A DNA stretch of 64,000 nucleotides from an uncultured Eubacteriales bacterium. GTDB taxonomy: Bacteria > Bacillota > Clostridia > Oscillospirales > CAG-382. Position numbers and translations under genes: made by a program. The DNA lies in NCBI GenBank assembly GCA_900551295.1, contig URVJ01000007.1:20560-84559 (forward strand), in the 5' to 3' direction. Shown in pieces: positions 39,400-48,565 of this stretch. The notes beneath the pieces were generated by a model. The model had not been told where the DNA came from and ran no database searches. It saw only the letters and a program-made list of their open reading frames with translations. Every line of letters begins with the position of its first letter. Positions within the stretch are counted from its first letter, which is position 1.

Positions 39400-41499
39400 A
39401 TGAAAAAATTAATGATCGCGGCAATAGTAGCCGCAATGCTCATCTCAAATGCCTCGGTATATGCCGATGACGCGGCTGAAGTAAAGCCGGCAAACGATTC
39501 TCAGACGGCAGAGCAGAACGAAGTGAAAGAAAAAATACCTTATTACGTATACGATAAAGCAACCGTAAAGTCGGTTGAAAACGGCAGCATTAACTGCACG
39601 ACAAACGACGATAAAGAAATCTCTCTCATACTTGATGTTTCCGAAGATACGCTGATACTGGACAATAACGGAAATAAGATTAGCCTTTCGGATCTCAAAG
39701 AGGGAACGGTAATATACGCATACGACAGTCCGTATAACGCAAGAATATTGATATACCCCGCAACCTTTAAGCCTTATGTGATAGTTGCTGCGACTGATGA
39801 AAACGTAAATTTCTGCCTTGACGCTTTTTCAAAAGATCCCGATTCAAAGGAAATAAGATATGTTTCCGACGGAGGAAAGCTTGCGGTAAATATTTCGGAC
39901 GAAACAGAGTTTAAGGGATACGACGGAAGCGAGATCACCGATAAAGATCTTGAAAGCAGAATCGCACTTATAACCTACACCGATTCTACAAGAAGTATTC
40001 CGGCGATAACAACCGCGGAAAAAGTAACAATTCTCGGAGCCGTTCCGGTCGAGCTTCCCGATCTTACCGAGGAAAGACCGGTAGTTTCCGAAGATACTCC
40101 GACGGTTCTGCCCGATCTCTCGGAAGAAAGACCTGTTGTTACGGAGTCTGAAACCGATAAAACAATAAAGGTTGCCTTTGACGGAGAAAAGATGAATTTC
40201 GACGTCGATCCGATAATCGAAAACGGCAGAACGCTCGTACCGTTCAGAGCAATATTTGAAAAACTTGACTGTGCGGTATCATATTCCGAAACAGACGGCG
40301 GAAAATTTGTCGAGGCGCAGAGAGGCGACGATGTTGTTCTTCTTGAAATCGGCAAGGACACAATGCTCGTAAACGGTAAGGAAGTAAAGCTTGACGCACC
40401 GGCAAAAATAGTTGACGGAAGAACTCTCGTTCCTCTGCGTGCCGTAAGCGAGAGCATGGACTGCACCGTTGATTGGCTTGACGATGTTAAGACCGCGTCC
40501 ATTCATAAAAAACACGGTCAGCACATAATAGACTCCGGACGTATCGAAAAAAGCATAACCGACAGCGACGGCACGGTTCTGATGAATATAAGCGCCGTAT
40601 ATCCGATAATCGCCGATGAAACCGGAAGCGACGCGTTTATTGCGGACATAAACAAGAGTTATAAGGAAAATGCCGAAAAGTATGTTTCGAATATTGAAAA
40701 AACTTTCACTAAAGATGACACTGCCGAAATGCGCATGGCAATGGGAGAAAATTTCCGTCCTATGCAGTTTACGCTTACATTTAAGGTAAACACCGACAGA
40801 AAGAATCTCCTTTCGATCACTAATACCGATTATCAGAACGCAAACGGCGCGCACCCGAATACGCAGAGAACTTCACGCACTTTCCAGACTCTCATGAATA
40901 AAGAGCTTGCGCTTACAGATGTCTTTGACGCCGAGCAGGACGCTGTCAATAAGACGGTATACGATACATTTAAGGCAAAACTCGAAAAAGAAGTTGAAGA
41001 ATACAGTGAAGAAAACGCAAAGGAGCTTGAAAAAGAGCTTGCAAACGTAAACTTCTATCTTACCGATAACAGCGTTGTAATGTACTTCAACCCTTATCAG
41101 ATCCTCCCGTATGCATTCGGCGCTCCGAGTGTCGAGCTTAAATACGGTGAAAAGGACAGCCCCGTAAAGCTTGACCTTTCGGAAGCAAAGCTTGACGCAC
41201 TTGAAATAGTTCTTGACGGAAATCCCACAACCGGTTTTACATGGGAGGCTGTCGAGGCGGATTCCGAAATTGTGGATATAAAGAGCGAGTATAAGCAGGA
41301 CGAGGCGGCTGAGGATATGGCAGGCGTCGGCGGAAAGTATACTTTCACCGTAACCGGAAAATCAAACGGAAACGCTCAGATAAAGCTCTGCTATATGCGT
41401 TCTTTCGAGGGCGAAGGCTCTATTCAGAAAACAGTCATCGTCAAAGTGTACGTTGACGAAAACGGCAAGGTCACCGTTCTTGACCGTACAGAAAAGTAA
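39400..41499 (+). CDS. Secreted multidomain protein: stalk domains (copper amine oxidase N-like), DUF4163/DUF3298, C-terminal chagasin-like (I42) peptidase-inhibitor domain
   Basis: Signal peptide MKKLMIAAIVAAMLISNASVYA. Stalk motifs GRTLVPFRAIFEKLDCAV and GRTLVPLRAVSESMDCTV. A DUF3298-like block (YQNANGAHPNT...YFNPYQILPYAFG). I42 motifs NPTTGFTWE, GVGGKYTF and LCYMRSFEG. Confidence 0.75.
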   Translation: MKKLMIAAIVAAMLISNASVYADDAAEVKPANDSQTAEQNEVKEKIPYYVYDKATVKSVENGSINCTTNDDKEISLILDVSEDTLILDNNGNKISLSDLKEGTVIYAYDSPYNARILIYPATFKPYVIVAATDENVNFCLDAFSKDPDSKEIRYVSDGGKLAVNISDETEFKGYDGSEITDKDLESRIALITYTDSTRSIPAITTAEKVTILGAVPVELPDLTEERPVVSEDTPTVLPDLSEERPVVTESETDKTIKVAFDGEKMNFDVDPIIENGRTLVPFRAIFEKLDCAVSYSETDGGKFVEAQRGDDVVLLEIGKDTMLVNGKEVKLDAPAKIVDGRTLVPLRAVSESMDCTVDWLDDVKTASIHKKHGQHIIDSGRIEKSITDSDGTVLMNISAVYPIIADETGSDAFIADINKSYKENAEKYVSNIEKTFTKDDTAEMRMAMGENFRPMQFTLTFKVNTDRKNLLSITNTDYQNANGAHPNTQRTSRTFQTLMNKELALTDVFDAEQDAVNKTVYDTFKAKLEKEVEEYSEENAKELEKELANVNFYLTDNSVVMYFNPYQILPYAFGAPSVELKYGEKDSPVKLDLSEAKLDALEIVLDGNPTTGFTWEAVEADSEIVDIKSEYKQDEAAEDMAGVGGKYTFTVTGKSNGNAQIKLCYMRSFEGEGSIQKTVIVKVYVDENGKVTVLDRTEK

Positions 41500-41541
41500 G
41501 CATAATGCTTTAAACATTTTTCATAATTCTTTTCCTCATTG

Positions 41542-41580
41542 ACCGCCGTAAGTTGTTGTTGCTTGCGGCGGTTTCCTTTT
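41542..41580 (+). terminator. Rho-independent terminator
   Basis: ACCGCCGTAAG...CTTGCGGCGGT (11 bp, one G-U) followed by TTCCTTTT. Confidence 0.7.
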
Positions 41581-41615
41581 GCAAAAAAAAAGTTTGAGAA
41601 TTTTTGAAAAACCTC

Positions 41616-41643
41616 TTGACAAAACCAAAAAAATGATTATAAT
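41616..41643 (+). promoter_or_regulatory. Candidate sigma-70 promoter of the perR-rubrerythrin cluster
   Basis: TTGACA-N16-TATAAT. Confidence 0.55.
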
Positions 41644-41647
41644 ATAA

Positions 41648-41662
41648 TTGTAATGATTACAA
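41648..41662 (+). promoter_or_regulatory. Per/Fur-box-like operator (7-1-7 inverted repeat)
   Basis: TTGTAAT-G-ATTACAA is a perfect palindrome immediately downstream of the -10. It differs by one position per half-site from the B. subtilis Per box TTATAATnATTATAA. Confidence 0.6.
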
Positions 41663-41706
41663 AAATGAAATCGTTACAGCAAACAACGCATAAAGGAGGG
41701 CAAAAA

Positions 41707-42105
41707 ATGGACGTAAAAGACCTGATGCTCGAAAAAGGAGTAAAGCCTTCCGTAACCCGGCTTGCAATATACGATTATCTCTATAACCACCGCACACACC
41801 CGACGGTAGACGAGATATACGAAGCATTGTCGCCCGAAATTCCGACGCTGTCAAAGACCACTGTTTATAATACGGTAAACCTTTTGGCGAACAGCGGAAT
41901 TATAAAGTCCATAAGCATTGAGGGATTCAGAACAAGATACGACGCAAATAATAATTTCCATGCGCATTTTCTTTGCACAAAGTGCAATAATGTGTATGAT
42001 ATATTTGATCTTGAATGCCCGAAGTGCCCGTTAGACGGTTTTACCGTGTCATCTGAGGATATTTTTTATACCGGGAGCTGTAAGGCTTGCTCGGATAGGA
42101 AATAA
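41707..42105 (+). CDS. perR: Fur-family regulator, PerR-like
   Basis: GVKPSVTRLAIYDYLYNHRTHPTVDEIYEAL (winged helix), HAHFLCTKCNNV...CKAC metal sites. The context with rubrerythrins supports a PerR role. ATG at 41707 follows AGGAGGG. Confidence 0.8.
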   Translation: MDVKDLMLEKGVKPSVTRLAIYDYLYNHRTHPTVDEIYEALSPEIPTLSKTTVYNTVNLLANSGIIKSISIEGFRTRYDANNNFHAHFLCTKCNNVYDIFDLECPKCPLDGFTVSSEDIFYTGSCKACSDRK

Positions 42106-42151
42106 TAAAAACACACAATAAAAATTATAATTTTGAAAGGAAGTAAAAGTC

Positions 42152-42691
42152 ATGAAAAAGTATGTATGTATGGTTTGCGGTTATGTTTATGAGGGAGAAG
42201 AGCCTCCGAAGGAATGTCCGGTCTGTCATGCGCCCGCATCGAAGTTTAAGGAACAGGGCGAAAAGACATGGGCTGCCGAACATGTTGTAGGCGTTGCAAA
42301 CGGCGCGTCGCAGGATATAATCGACGACCTCAGAGCAAACTTCAACGGCGAGTGCAGCGAAGTAGGTATGTACCTTGCAATGGCAAGAGTGGCGCACAGA
42401 GAGGGCTATCCCGAAATCGGACTTTACTGGGAAAAGGCGGCATATGAAGAGGCTGAGCACGCAGCAAAGTTCGCAGAACTCCTAGGAGAAGTTCTCACAG
42501 ATTCCACAAAGAAGAATCTCGAAATGAGAGTAGACGCCGAAAACGGTGCTACCGCAGGTAAATTCGACCTTGCAAAGAGAGCAAAAGAGGCAGGTCTTGA
42601 CGCAATTCACGATACCGTTCATGAAATGGCTCGCGACGAGGCAAGACACGGAAAAGCATTTGAGGGACTTTTAAAGAGATATTTCAACTGA
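42152..42691 (+). CDS. Reverse rubrerythrin (N-terminal rubredoxin-like, C-terminal diiron ferritin-like domain)
   Basis: [25 protein letters not shown] at the N-terminus, then the EAEHAAKF and DEARHGKAF diiron motifs. Confidence 0.85.
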   Translation: MKKYVCMVCGYVYEGEEPPKECPVCHAPASKFKEQGEKTWAAEHVVGVANGASQDIIDDLRANFNGECSEVGMYLAMARVAHREGYPEIGLYWEKAAYEEAEHAAKFAELLGEVLTDSTKKNLEMRVDAENGATAGKFDLAKRAKEAGLDAIHDTVHEMARDEARHGKAFEGLLKRYFN

Positions 42692-42728
42692 TCTGACAGC
42701 TTAAAAGACATCAAAGGAGAGTTTTGAC

Positions 42729-43271
42729 ATGAATAAGACAAAGTATGCCGGAACGCAGACCGAGAAAAACCTTGAAGCTGCATTTGCCGGAGAATCGCAG
42801 GCGCGCAATAAGTATACCTATTTTGCAAGTAAGGCAAAAAAAGAGGGATATGAACAGATTGCCGCGCTGTTTCTTAAAACTGCCGAAAACGAAAAAGAAC
42901 ACGCAAAAATGTGGTTCAAGGAGCTTTCCGGAATAGGCGATACCGCGCAGAACCTTGCCGCGGCAGCCGACGGAGAAAACTATGAGTGGACAGATATGTA
43001 CGAGGATTTTGCCAAGACTGCCGAGAAAGAGGGATTTCCGGAGCTTGCCGCAAAGTTCAGACTTGTGGGCGCGATAGAAAAGCACCACGAGGAAAGATAC
43101 CGCGCTTTGCTTAAAAATGTCGAAACCGCAAAAGTCTTTGAAAAGAGCGAAGTCAAGGTATGGGAGTGCCGTAACTGCGGACATATAGTTGTTGGAACAA
43201 AGGCGCCCGACGTATGCCCGGTCTGCGCACATCCGCAAAGCTACTTTGAAGTACACGAACAGAATTATTGA
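42729..43271 (+). CDS. rbr: Rubrerythrin (classical order)
   Basis: [39 protein letters not shown], and the C-terminal [25 protein letters not shown]. Confidence 0.9.
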   Translation: MNKTKYAGTQTEKNLEAAFAGESQARNKYTYFASKAKKEGYEQIAALFLKTAENEKEHAKMWFKELSGIGDTAQNLAAAADGENYEWTDMYEDFAKTAEKEGFPELAAKFRLVGAIEKHHEERYRALLKNVETAKVFEKSEVKVWECRNCGHIVVGTKAPDVCPVCAHPQSYFEVHEQNY

Positions 43272-43296
43272 TTCGTAATAAATAATTGGTTAAACG

Positions 43297-43337
43297 CTGC
43301 CGAATGTGAAATTTTTGCACTCGGCGGTGTTTTTTTG
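43297..43337 (+). terminator. Rho-independent terminator after rbr
   Basis: CTGCCGAATGT...GCACTCGGCGG imperfect hairpin followed by a T7 run. Confidence 0.6.
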
Positions 43338-43563
43338 TAAATAAATCTGAATGCGCCGTTACTTTAAAGTAATTACTGAATATTTACTTGTGCGGTATAT
43401 GTGTTGCTGTCCGAATTATGGCATAAACGTTTTGGTGATTGGTGTCAAAATCATTTACAGGGGGCTTTGTTTAGCGTTATATAAGGAATTTTTTATTAAA
43501 GCTGTCAATCTTTTTCATACCCTTGTATAATAAATTTACAGCATTTATAATAAGGAGCCGATT

Positions 43564-44505
43564 ATGAAAAGAATTACAGCAAATAAAGTCTCGGAATTTA
43601 GGGACATTTTGATTACGGATGAAAAATCTCCGGCAACGGTAGAGAAGTATATACGCGATATAAGAACCTTTGCGGCGTGGCTCGGAGAACGCTGCGTTGA
43701 TAAGCATACGGGTCTCGAATATAAGGCTTATCTTGTCAGGAAATATATGCCGTCAAGCGTAAATTCCGTGCTGTCATCACTGAATATCTTTTTTGACTAT
43801 AACGAGTGGTACGGCTGCAAGGTCAAGCCGCTTAAAATACAGAAACAAATATTTGCGTCAAAGGATAAGGAACTTTCAAAAGCAGAGTACGAAAGATTGC
43901 TTGATGCGGCAAGATCCGGAAAAAATGAAAGGCTGTATCTTCTTATTATCTGTTCAATGGGAATACGCGTAAGTGAGGTGCGGTTTGTGACGGCAGAGGC
44001 GGTTAAAAACGGTGTTGCATCAATAAATTGCAAAGGCAAGCTCACTTTTGAAGGATTTTCGGATTACGAACATATTGCGGAAATGACGGTGCTGCCGACG
44101 AGCTTTGACGAAGAGAAAATGGCAATTGTAATCGGACTCAAGAATGCCGCAGCTTTTGATTCGGACATATGCACACTTGAATTCAGAATCAATGAAAATG
44201 CGCAGGAAAGAGTATACAGCATAAATGCAGATACAATTGTAAAGCTTAGTTCTGCGGTTGTTACGTCGTCTGTAAATCCGGGAAAGGTAACGGTTCGTAT
44301 GCAGAAGCTCGGAGATATAGACGGAAATGATACTGTTGATATAGATGACGCAGTGTTGCTGTTCAGACATAGTATGGCTTCCTGAGCTGTATCCGATAAG
44401 CTATGCGGGAAATACTGACTATAACCATGACGGCAATGTCGATATTGATGATGCGGTTATGCTCTTCAGATACAGTATGCTTCCGGAACTGTATCCGATT
44501 GATTA
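43564..44505 (+). pseudogene. Chimeric pseudogene: N-terminal about 158 aa of a tyrosine recombinase fused to the C-terminal fragment of a dockerin-bearing protein; the dockerin is frameshifted
   Basis: N-part MKRITANKVSEFRDILITDEKSPATVEKYIRDIRTFAAWL...GIRVSEVRFVTAEAVKNGVASINCKGK carries the SAM-like N-domain and the first catalytic Arg region, but the His-x-x-Arg and Tyr regions are absent. From about 44038 the sequence is unrelated and ends in GDIDGNDTVDIDDAVLLFRHSM (dockerin repeat 1). The stop at 44383-44385 is followed, in the +1 frame, by PELYPISYAGNTDYNHDGNVDIDDAVMLFRYSMLPELYPID*, which is dockerin repeat 2. Comparing atggcttcctgagctgtatccg with atgcttccggaactgtatccg points to a 1-nt insertion. 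Confidence 0.65.
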
Positions 44506-44544
44506 AAAACAAAATCAGATTATTCTAATGTTGAATAACAGAGT

Positions 44545-44588
44545 CGTACAGACAATTAAATTTGTTTGTACGGCTTTTTTCTTTTTTA
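44545..44588 (+). terminator. Rho-independent terminator after the dockerin remnant
   Basis: CGTACAGACA-attaaatt-TGTTTGTACG followed by GCTTTTTTCTTTTTT. Confidence 0.6.
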
Positions 44589-44917
44589 GGCTCTTAAATT
44601 TTTTATCCGGCATACAAATTTCTTTGTTTATCCTGTTATTTCGGGTTTTTCTGACTGTCGTTTTTTGACTAATTATGTAAAACGCTGTCGAATAGATGTA
44701 TATTTTAAAGATTTTATATTAAGAATGTGTACGAAAAAAGGTTTTCTTGAATATTGTATCAATTTATGTTACTTTTAGTATATAAAATTTAATCGGAAAG
44801 AGGTAAGTAAATGTTATTATCACTATGAAGGTAAGGCTTTTTCCGCACCGAGCGTGACGGTGGCGTAACAACCGGCGCATAGGTATAAATTGAATAATAT
44901 TTCAAGGAGTAGAAAAA

Positions 44918-47900
44918 ATGAAAAAGTTTTTTGCACTTTTAATGGTATGTGCAATTTCACTTCAATATGTGGCTATTGCAGAAGATACAATAATTTCAGA
45001 AGTAAATGAAAAAAGTGAAAGTATAGAAATTACACAAAGCGAAGAGAATAATGAACTTACTCGGGATAACTATGCCGAAAATGTCTCATATAATAATGAA
45101 GACAGTTTTTATGAGTATGCCGATGACGAAAGCACATCTGAAACGGATGTTTCCCAAAACGATAAAAATTTTGATATGAGTCCGGAAAAGGATGATCTAA
45201 ATTTACAGCAGGAATTTAATGTTCTGTCAGAACTGCAAAATAACGCGTTTGTAGAAATCAATAATTCAATATGGTTTGATTCCGAAAAGACCCGCCCTTT
45301 TGATACCGGATATGAGCTATACTCCGAAACCGAATTTATAAGAGAAACTGAATATTCGGGAAATCTTTTTCTTTCCGAAGAGGCATATGACGGAAAATTT
45401 TCACTTTGTTTGAAAAGAACAACAGAATCCTGCGAAAGCACCTTTCCTATAAAGAATACGGTGGTAGTTTCTTTAAAACATAATAATTCACAGTATCCGA
45501 AAGTCAATACCATTTCTCTCTATATAAAACCGTTAAGCGGTGCTGAAACAATTAATTTTTATGTTGAAGATGCGGAAATAACTGAAAGCCGAATAAAAAT
45601 CATATCCGACTATAATAAAGACGGAGATTTTAAAGTCGGAGAAGATATGTCGCAAGGCAGGTGGAATGAGATAAAACTTGATCTCACAAGACTGCAAAAC
45701 GGCGATGAAATATCTGCTGTAAAAAATCTGTATGTTTCAATAAATGCGGGTTCGGCATGGTTAATAGACAACGTAAGCGGTGATTTTCACGAATATGAAT
45801 CTGCAAATGTTGATTTAGGACGTTTTGCAAAGAAAAATCTTATGTATAACGAAAACAAATTGACATTTGTAACAGACGATTCGGGAAACTATAATACGAA
45901 ATCTGTTATAACGATAGCAAAATTTGATTTGTCAGACAGAGTTTCTTCAATAGATATCAGCGATTCGTATATTCCGACCTATGTTTCGCATGAAAACTCA
46001 AATTATAAAAACTATTTTCCCGATGATATTCTCAGCAACCCAAACTATTGGGAAGAGAATTCAAAGGTTTCATTTGTAAATGAAAATGACGTTTGTAAAC
46101 TGAGAATGAGCAGCGGTGCAACCGCAAAACTTAATCTTTCGTCGTTGCCGTTATATAATGAGTATAAGAATTCTCAAAGCAGATTTCGTGTTGAAATAGT
46201 CCTTAGTAATGAAACCACAGGATCTTCTATATACGTAAAGTTAAATTCAAGCCAAGGATTGAGTTTATCAAGCGGCAATGTGTCAAAAGGCAAAACAGGA
46301 GTGTTTTCCGAAATTGTAACAAACAATGAAGAGTGGCTTTCTTTTGTACCCAGCGGCACGTGCAGCATTACATCATTAAGGTTTGTAAAACTGCCGAATG
46401 TTGATACAAGTGCAACTGATGCGATTCCAAACAATATGCTTTTGGATTTTGAAGTGTTTTCAGATTCGACTTTTGAAGAAGTTTACGGTGAAAACACTCA
46501 CTTTCCCGGAATTGATGAAGAATATACCGGTGCACCGATTGCTTATCAATCCTCCTCAGCTTCAAAAACGATAAATATTTCCGGCGATGCAAATGATATT
46601 CTTGTTGTAAGAGTCGTAAATCCGAATTTATACTCAAATAATTGTTCAATACATGCCGGGAAAACGAAGTATCTATCATACGGCGACAACGAATATGTGT
46701 TTACCGGGACAGAATTTGAAAAAATCACGTTTACCAACCGAAATCAAGTTGGTTATCCGCCCATGCTTGTTGAAATACGTAAATACTCTGATACAGCTTA
46801 CAAGTCTTCTTCACTGCATGAAAAAGAAGTTGACCTGAATGGTGAAGTCAATTACATTTACAGTAAAGATTCATCAAAAATCTATTACGTCGATGCCAAT
46901 AATTACGATTTATGTATCATGGATGCCGACAGCGGAGAGAAACGTATTATAAATAATGTTTCGGCAAAAGGGGTGGCAGCTGTTTCTCCGAACGGGAAAA
47001 TTATAGCTTATGCCGATGATGATAGTGTGTATTGCCTGTATAACATTGAGACAAACAAAAAAACTATATTAGGAAAGTATTACGGTATAACACATGTAAG
47101 CGACGAAGGCGAATACAGCGGCTTAAAAACACAGTATCAAATGTTTTCAAGCGGTGTTGAAGGAACTACAAGTATTTCCGGAAGCACATATTGTTTTAAT
47201 GATACATTGGATTTGCTTTCAGTTGTAAATAAAAATAAAATTCAAGTACAACGTAAAAAGAACGGTGAATTTGAAGATCTTTGCAGTTTGGATTTTGGGA
47301 CAGACACCGTAACCGGAGCGGTGTTTTCAAGAAATGACCGTCTCTTTGTACATGCAAAAGGGACTTTATGGGAGATAAATCTGGATAACGGTGATAAAAG
47401 GCAAGTCGGGTTGGTATCCGGAAGTATTCTTTCCGTAACCGATGATAACTGTTTTGTTTTTGATAATTCGTCTTATCTGACTTTGTATAATTCGGATAAC
47501 GATAGCCGTGATAACATTTACGTAAGACCGGATTTAAACTATGGTGTGTACTATGACAGCGCACGATCAAGATTAATATATACGACTTCCGATTCAAAGT
47601 TGTGTACTTACAGTTTTATTCCAAACGATCGCATAATAAAAGGGTTTATTTCATTTGACAACTATAACTGGTATTCGTATAAGAATCTTGAATGGAAATA
47701 TGTCGGAAATACAACAATGCTAGATGATGATGAGTTTTTCGATTACGGCATGAGTAATGGTGAAATATCAGCGCTTTCGGAAAGTGATTTTCAAAAATTG
47801 TACAATATCTACGGAACAGAAACGACAGTTTTCGGTATCAGTATTGCGCTTAGATTTTCAGCAAATTCCGATAAGTTTATTCCGTCAATAAATTCTGTAA

Positions 47901-48541
47901 ATATAAGAACTGTTGTACAAAATGAAAACAATAATATATACGGTGCCCACGGTGAGTTTTTCAGCAAATCAGATTATCATAAAATAAATGCCGTATATCC
48001 TATTGAAAGCAAACCAAACTACGCTGAGAACTGCTATTTAATAGCACTGGGAAACGAGTGTTTGTTTACTTACAAAAACAATAATTTTGTCAAGATTAAC
48101 TGTGACGTCGACGATCTTTTGGCAGATATGCCTGGCAATTGGATGAAAATTAAACAACAGGGTATGTCGGCTGTTGAAATATCTGCTATTCCGGGTGAAA
48201 AAATGACTTCCTTATTTTCGGGCACGGAGTATGGGAATACAGGATTTACTATTATTAACTGTATAAAAACAACCGGTAACACAACCAAGGAAGTCAGTGT
48301 CGAATATAAATTAAATGCAGAAAAGAAGTATTTGTTTGATGGTGCTTCAGGGCTGAAACTTCATTTTATTGACGGTGTTGAAAAAAGCATTTCGGGATTG
48401 TCATCCGAAGATATACAGCAGTTTTTTACATGGCTTGAAAAAAGACAAAGCGGAATAGGAAGCATATATTATGTTTTTGACGTATCCGGAAATAAGTTTT
48501 TTGTAAATTATTACAGTATACAGTCCGTAGAGGTATTATAA
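44918..48541 (+). CDS. Large secreted protein of unknown function (1207 aa) with a TolB/PD40-like beta-propeller-like central region
   Basis: Signal peptide MKKFFALLMVCAISLQYVAIA and RBS AAGGAG. The central segment SKIYYVDANNYDLCIMDADSGEKRIINNVSAKGVAAVSPNGKIIAYADDDSVYCLYNIETNKK resembles PD40 repeats. The rest is unrecognised. The stop lies 24 nt before the rhs ATG. Confidence 0.7.
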   Translation: MKKFFALLMVCAISLQYVAIAEDTIISEVNEKSESIEITQSEENNELTRDNYAENVSYNNEDSFYEYADDESTSETDVSQNDKNFDMSPEKDDLNLQQEFNVLSELQNNAFVEINNSIWFDSEKTRPFDTGYELYSETEFIRETEYSGNLFLSEEAYDGKFSLCLKRTTESCESTFPIKNTVVVSLKHNNSQYPKVNTISLYIKPLSGAETINFYVEDAEITESRIKIISDYNKDGDFKVGEDMSQGRWNEIKLDLTRLQNGDEISAVKNLYVSINAGSAWLIDNVSGDFHEYESANVDLGRFAKKNLMYNENKLTFVTDDSGNYNTKSVITIAKFDLSDRVSSIDISDSYIPTYVSHENSNYKNYFPDDILSNPNYWEENSKVSFVNENDVCKLRMSSGATAKLNLSSLPLYNEYKNSQSRFRVEIVLSNETTGSSIYVKLNSSQGLSLSSGNVSKGKTGVFSEIVTNNEEWLSFVPSGTCSITSLRFVKLPNVDTSATDAIPNNMLLDFEVFSDSTFEEVYGENTHFPGIDEEYTGAPIAYQSSSASKTINISGDANDILVVRVVNPNLYSNNCSIHAGKTKYLSYGDNEYVFTGTEFEKITFTNRNQVGYPPMLVEIRKYSDTAYKSSSLHEKEVDLNGEVNYIYSKDSSKIYYVDANNYDLCIMDADSGEKRIINNVSAKGVAAVSPNGKIIAYADDDSVYCLYNIETNKKTILGKYYGITHVSDEGEYSGLKTQYQMFSSGVEGTTSISGSTYCFNDTLDLLSVVNKNKIQVQRKKNGEFEDLCSLDFGTDTVTGAVFSRNDRLFVHAKGTLWEINLDNGDKRQVGLVSGSILSVTDDNCFVFDNSSYLTLYNSDNDSRDNIYVRPDLNYGVYYDSARSRLIYTTSDSKLCTYSFIPNDRIIKGFISFDNYNWYSYKNLEWKYVGNTTMLDDDEFFDYGMSNGEISALSESDFQKLYNIYGTETTVFGISIALRFSANSDKFIPSINSVNIRTVVQNENNNIYGAHGEFFSKSDYHKINAVYPIESKPNYAENCYLIALGNECLFTYKNNNFVKINCDVDDLLADMPGNWMKIKQQGMSAVEISAIPGEKMTSLFSGTEYGNTGFTIINCIKTTGNTTKEVSVEYKLNAEKKYLFDGASGLKLHFIDGVEKSISGLSSEDIQQFFTWLEKRQSGIGSIYYVFDVSGNKFFVNYYSIQSVEVL

Positions 48542-48565
48542 AAATTAAATTCAGAGGGCGTAAAT

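Noticed and set aside
44831-44880. GC-rich patch (ggtaaggctttttccgcaccgagcgtgacggtggcgtaacaaccggcgcat) in the otherwise AT-rich leader of the 44918 gene
   Set aside because: It could be a small structured RNA or the 3' relic of a lost gene (it reads EGKAFSAPSVTVA*). Only a 4-bp hairpin is evident and no known motif was recognised.
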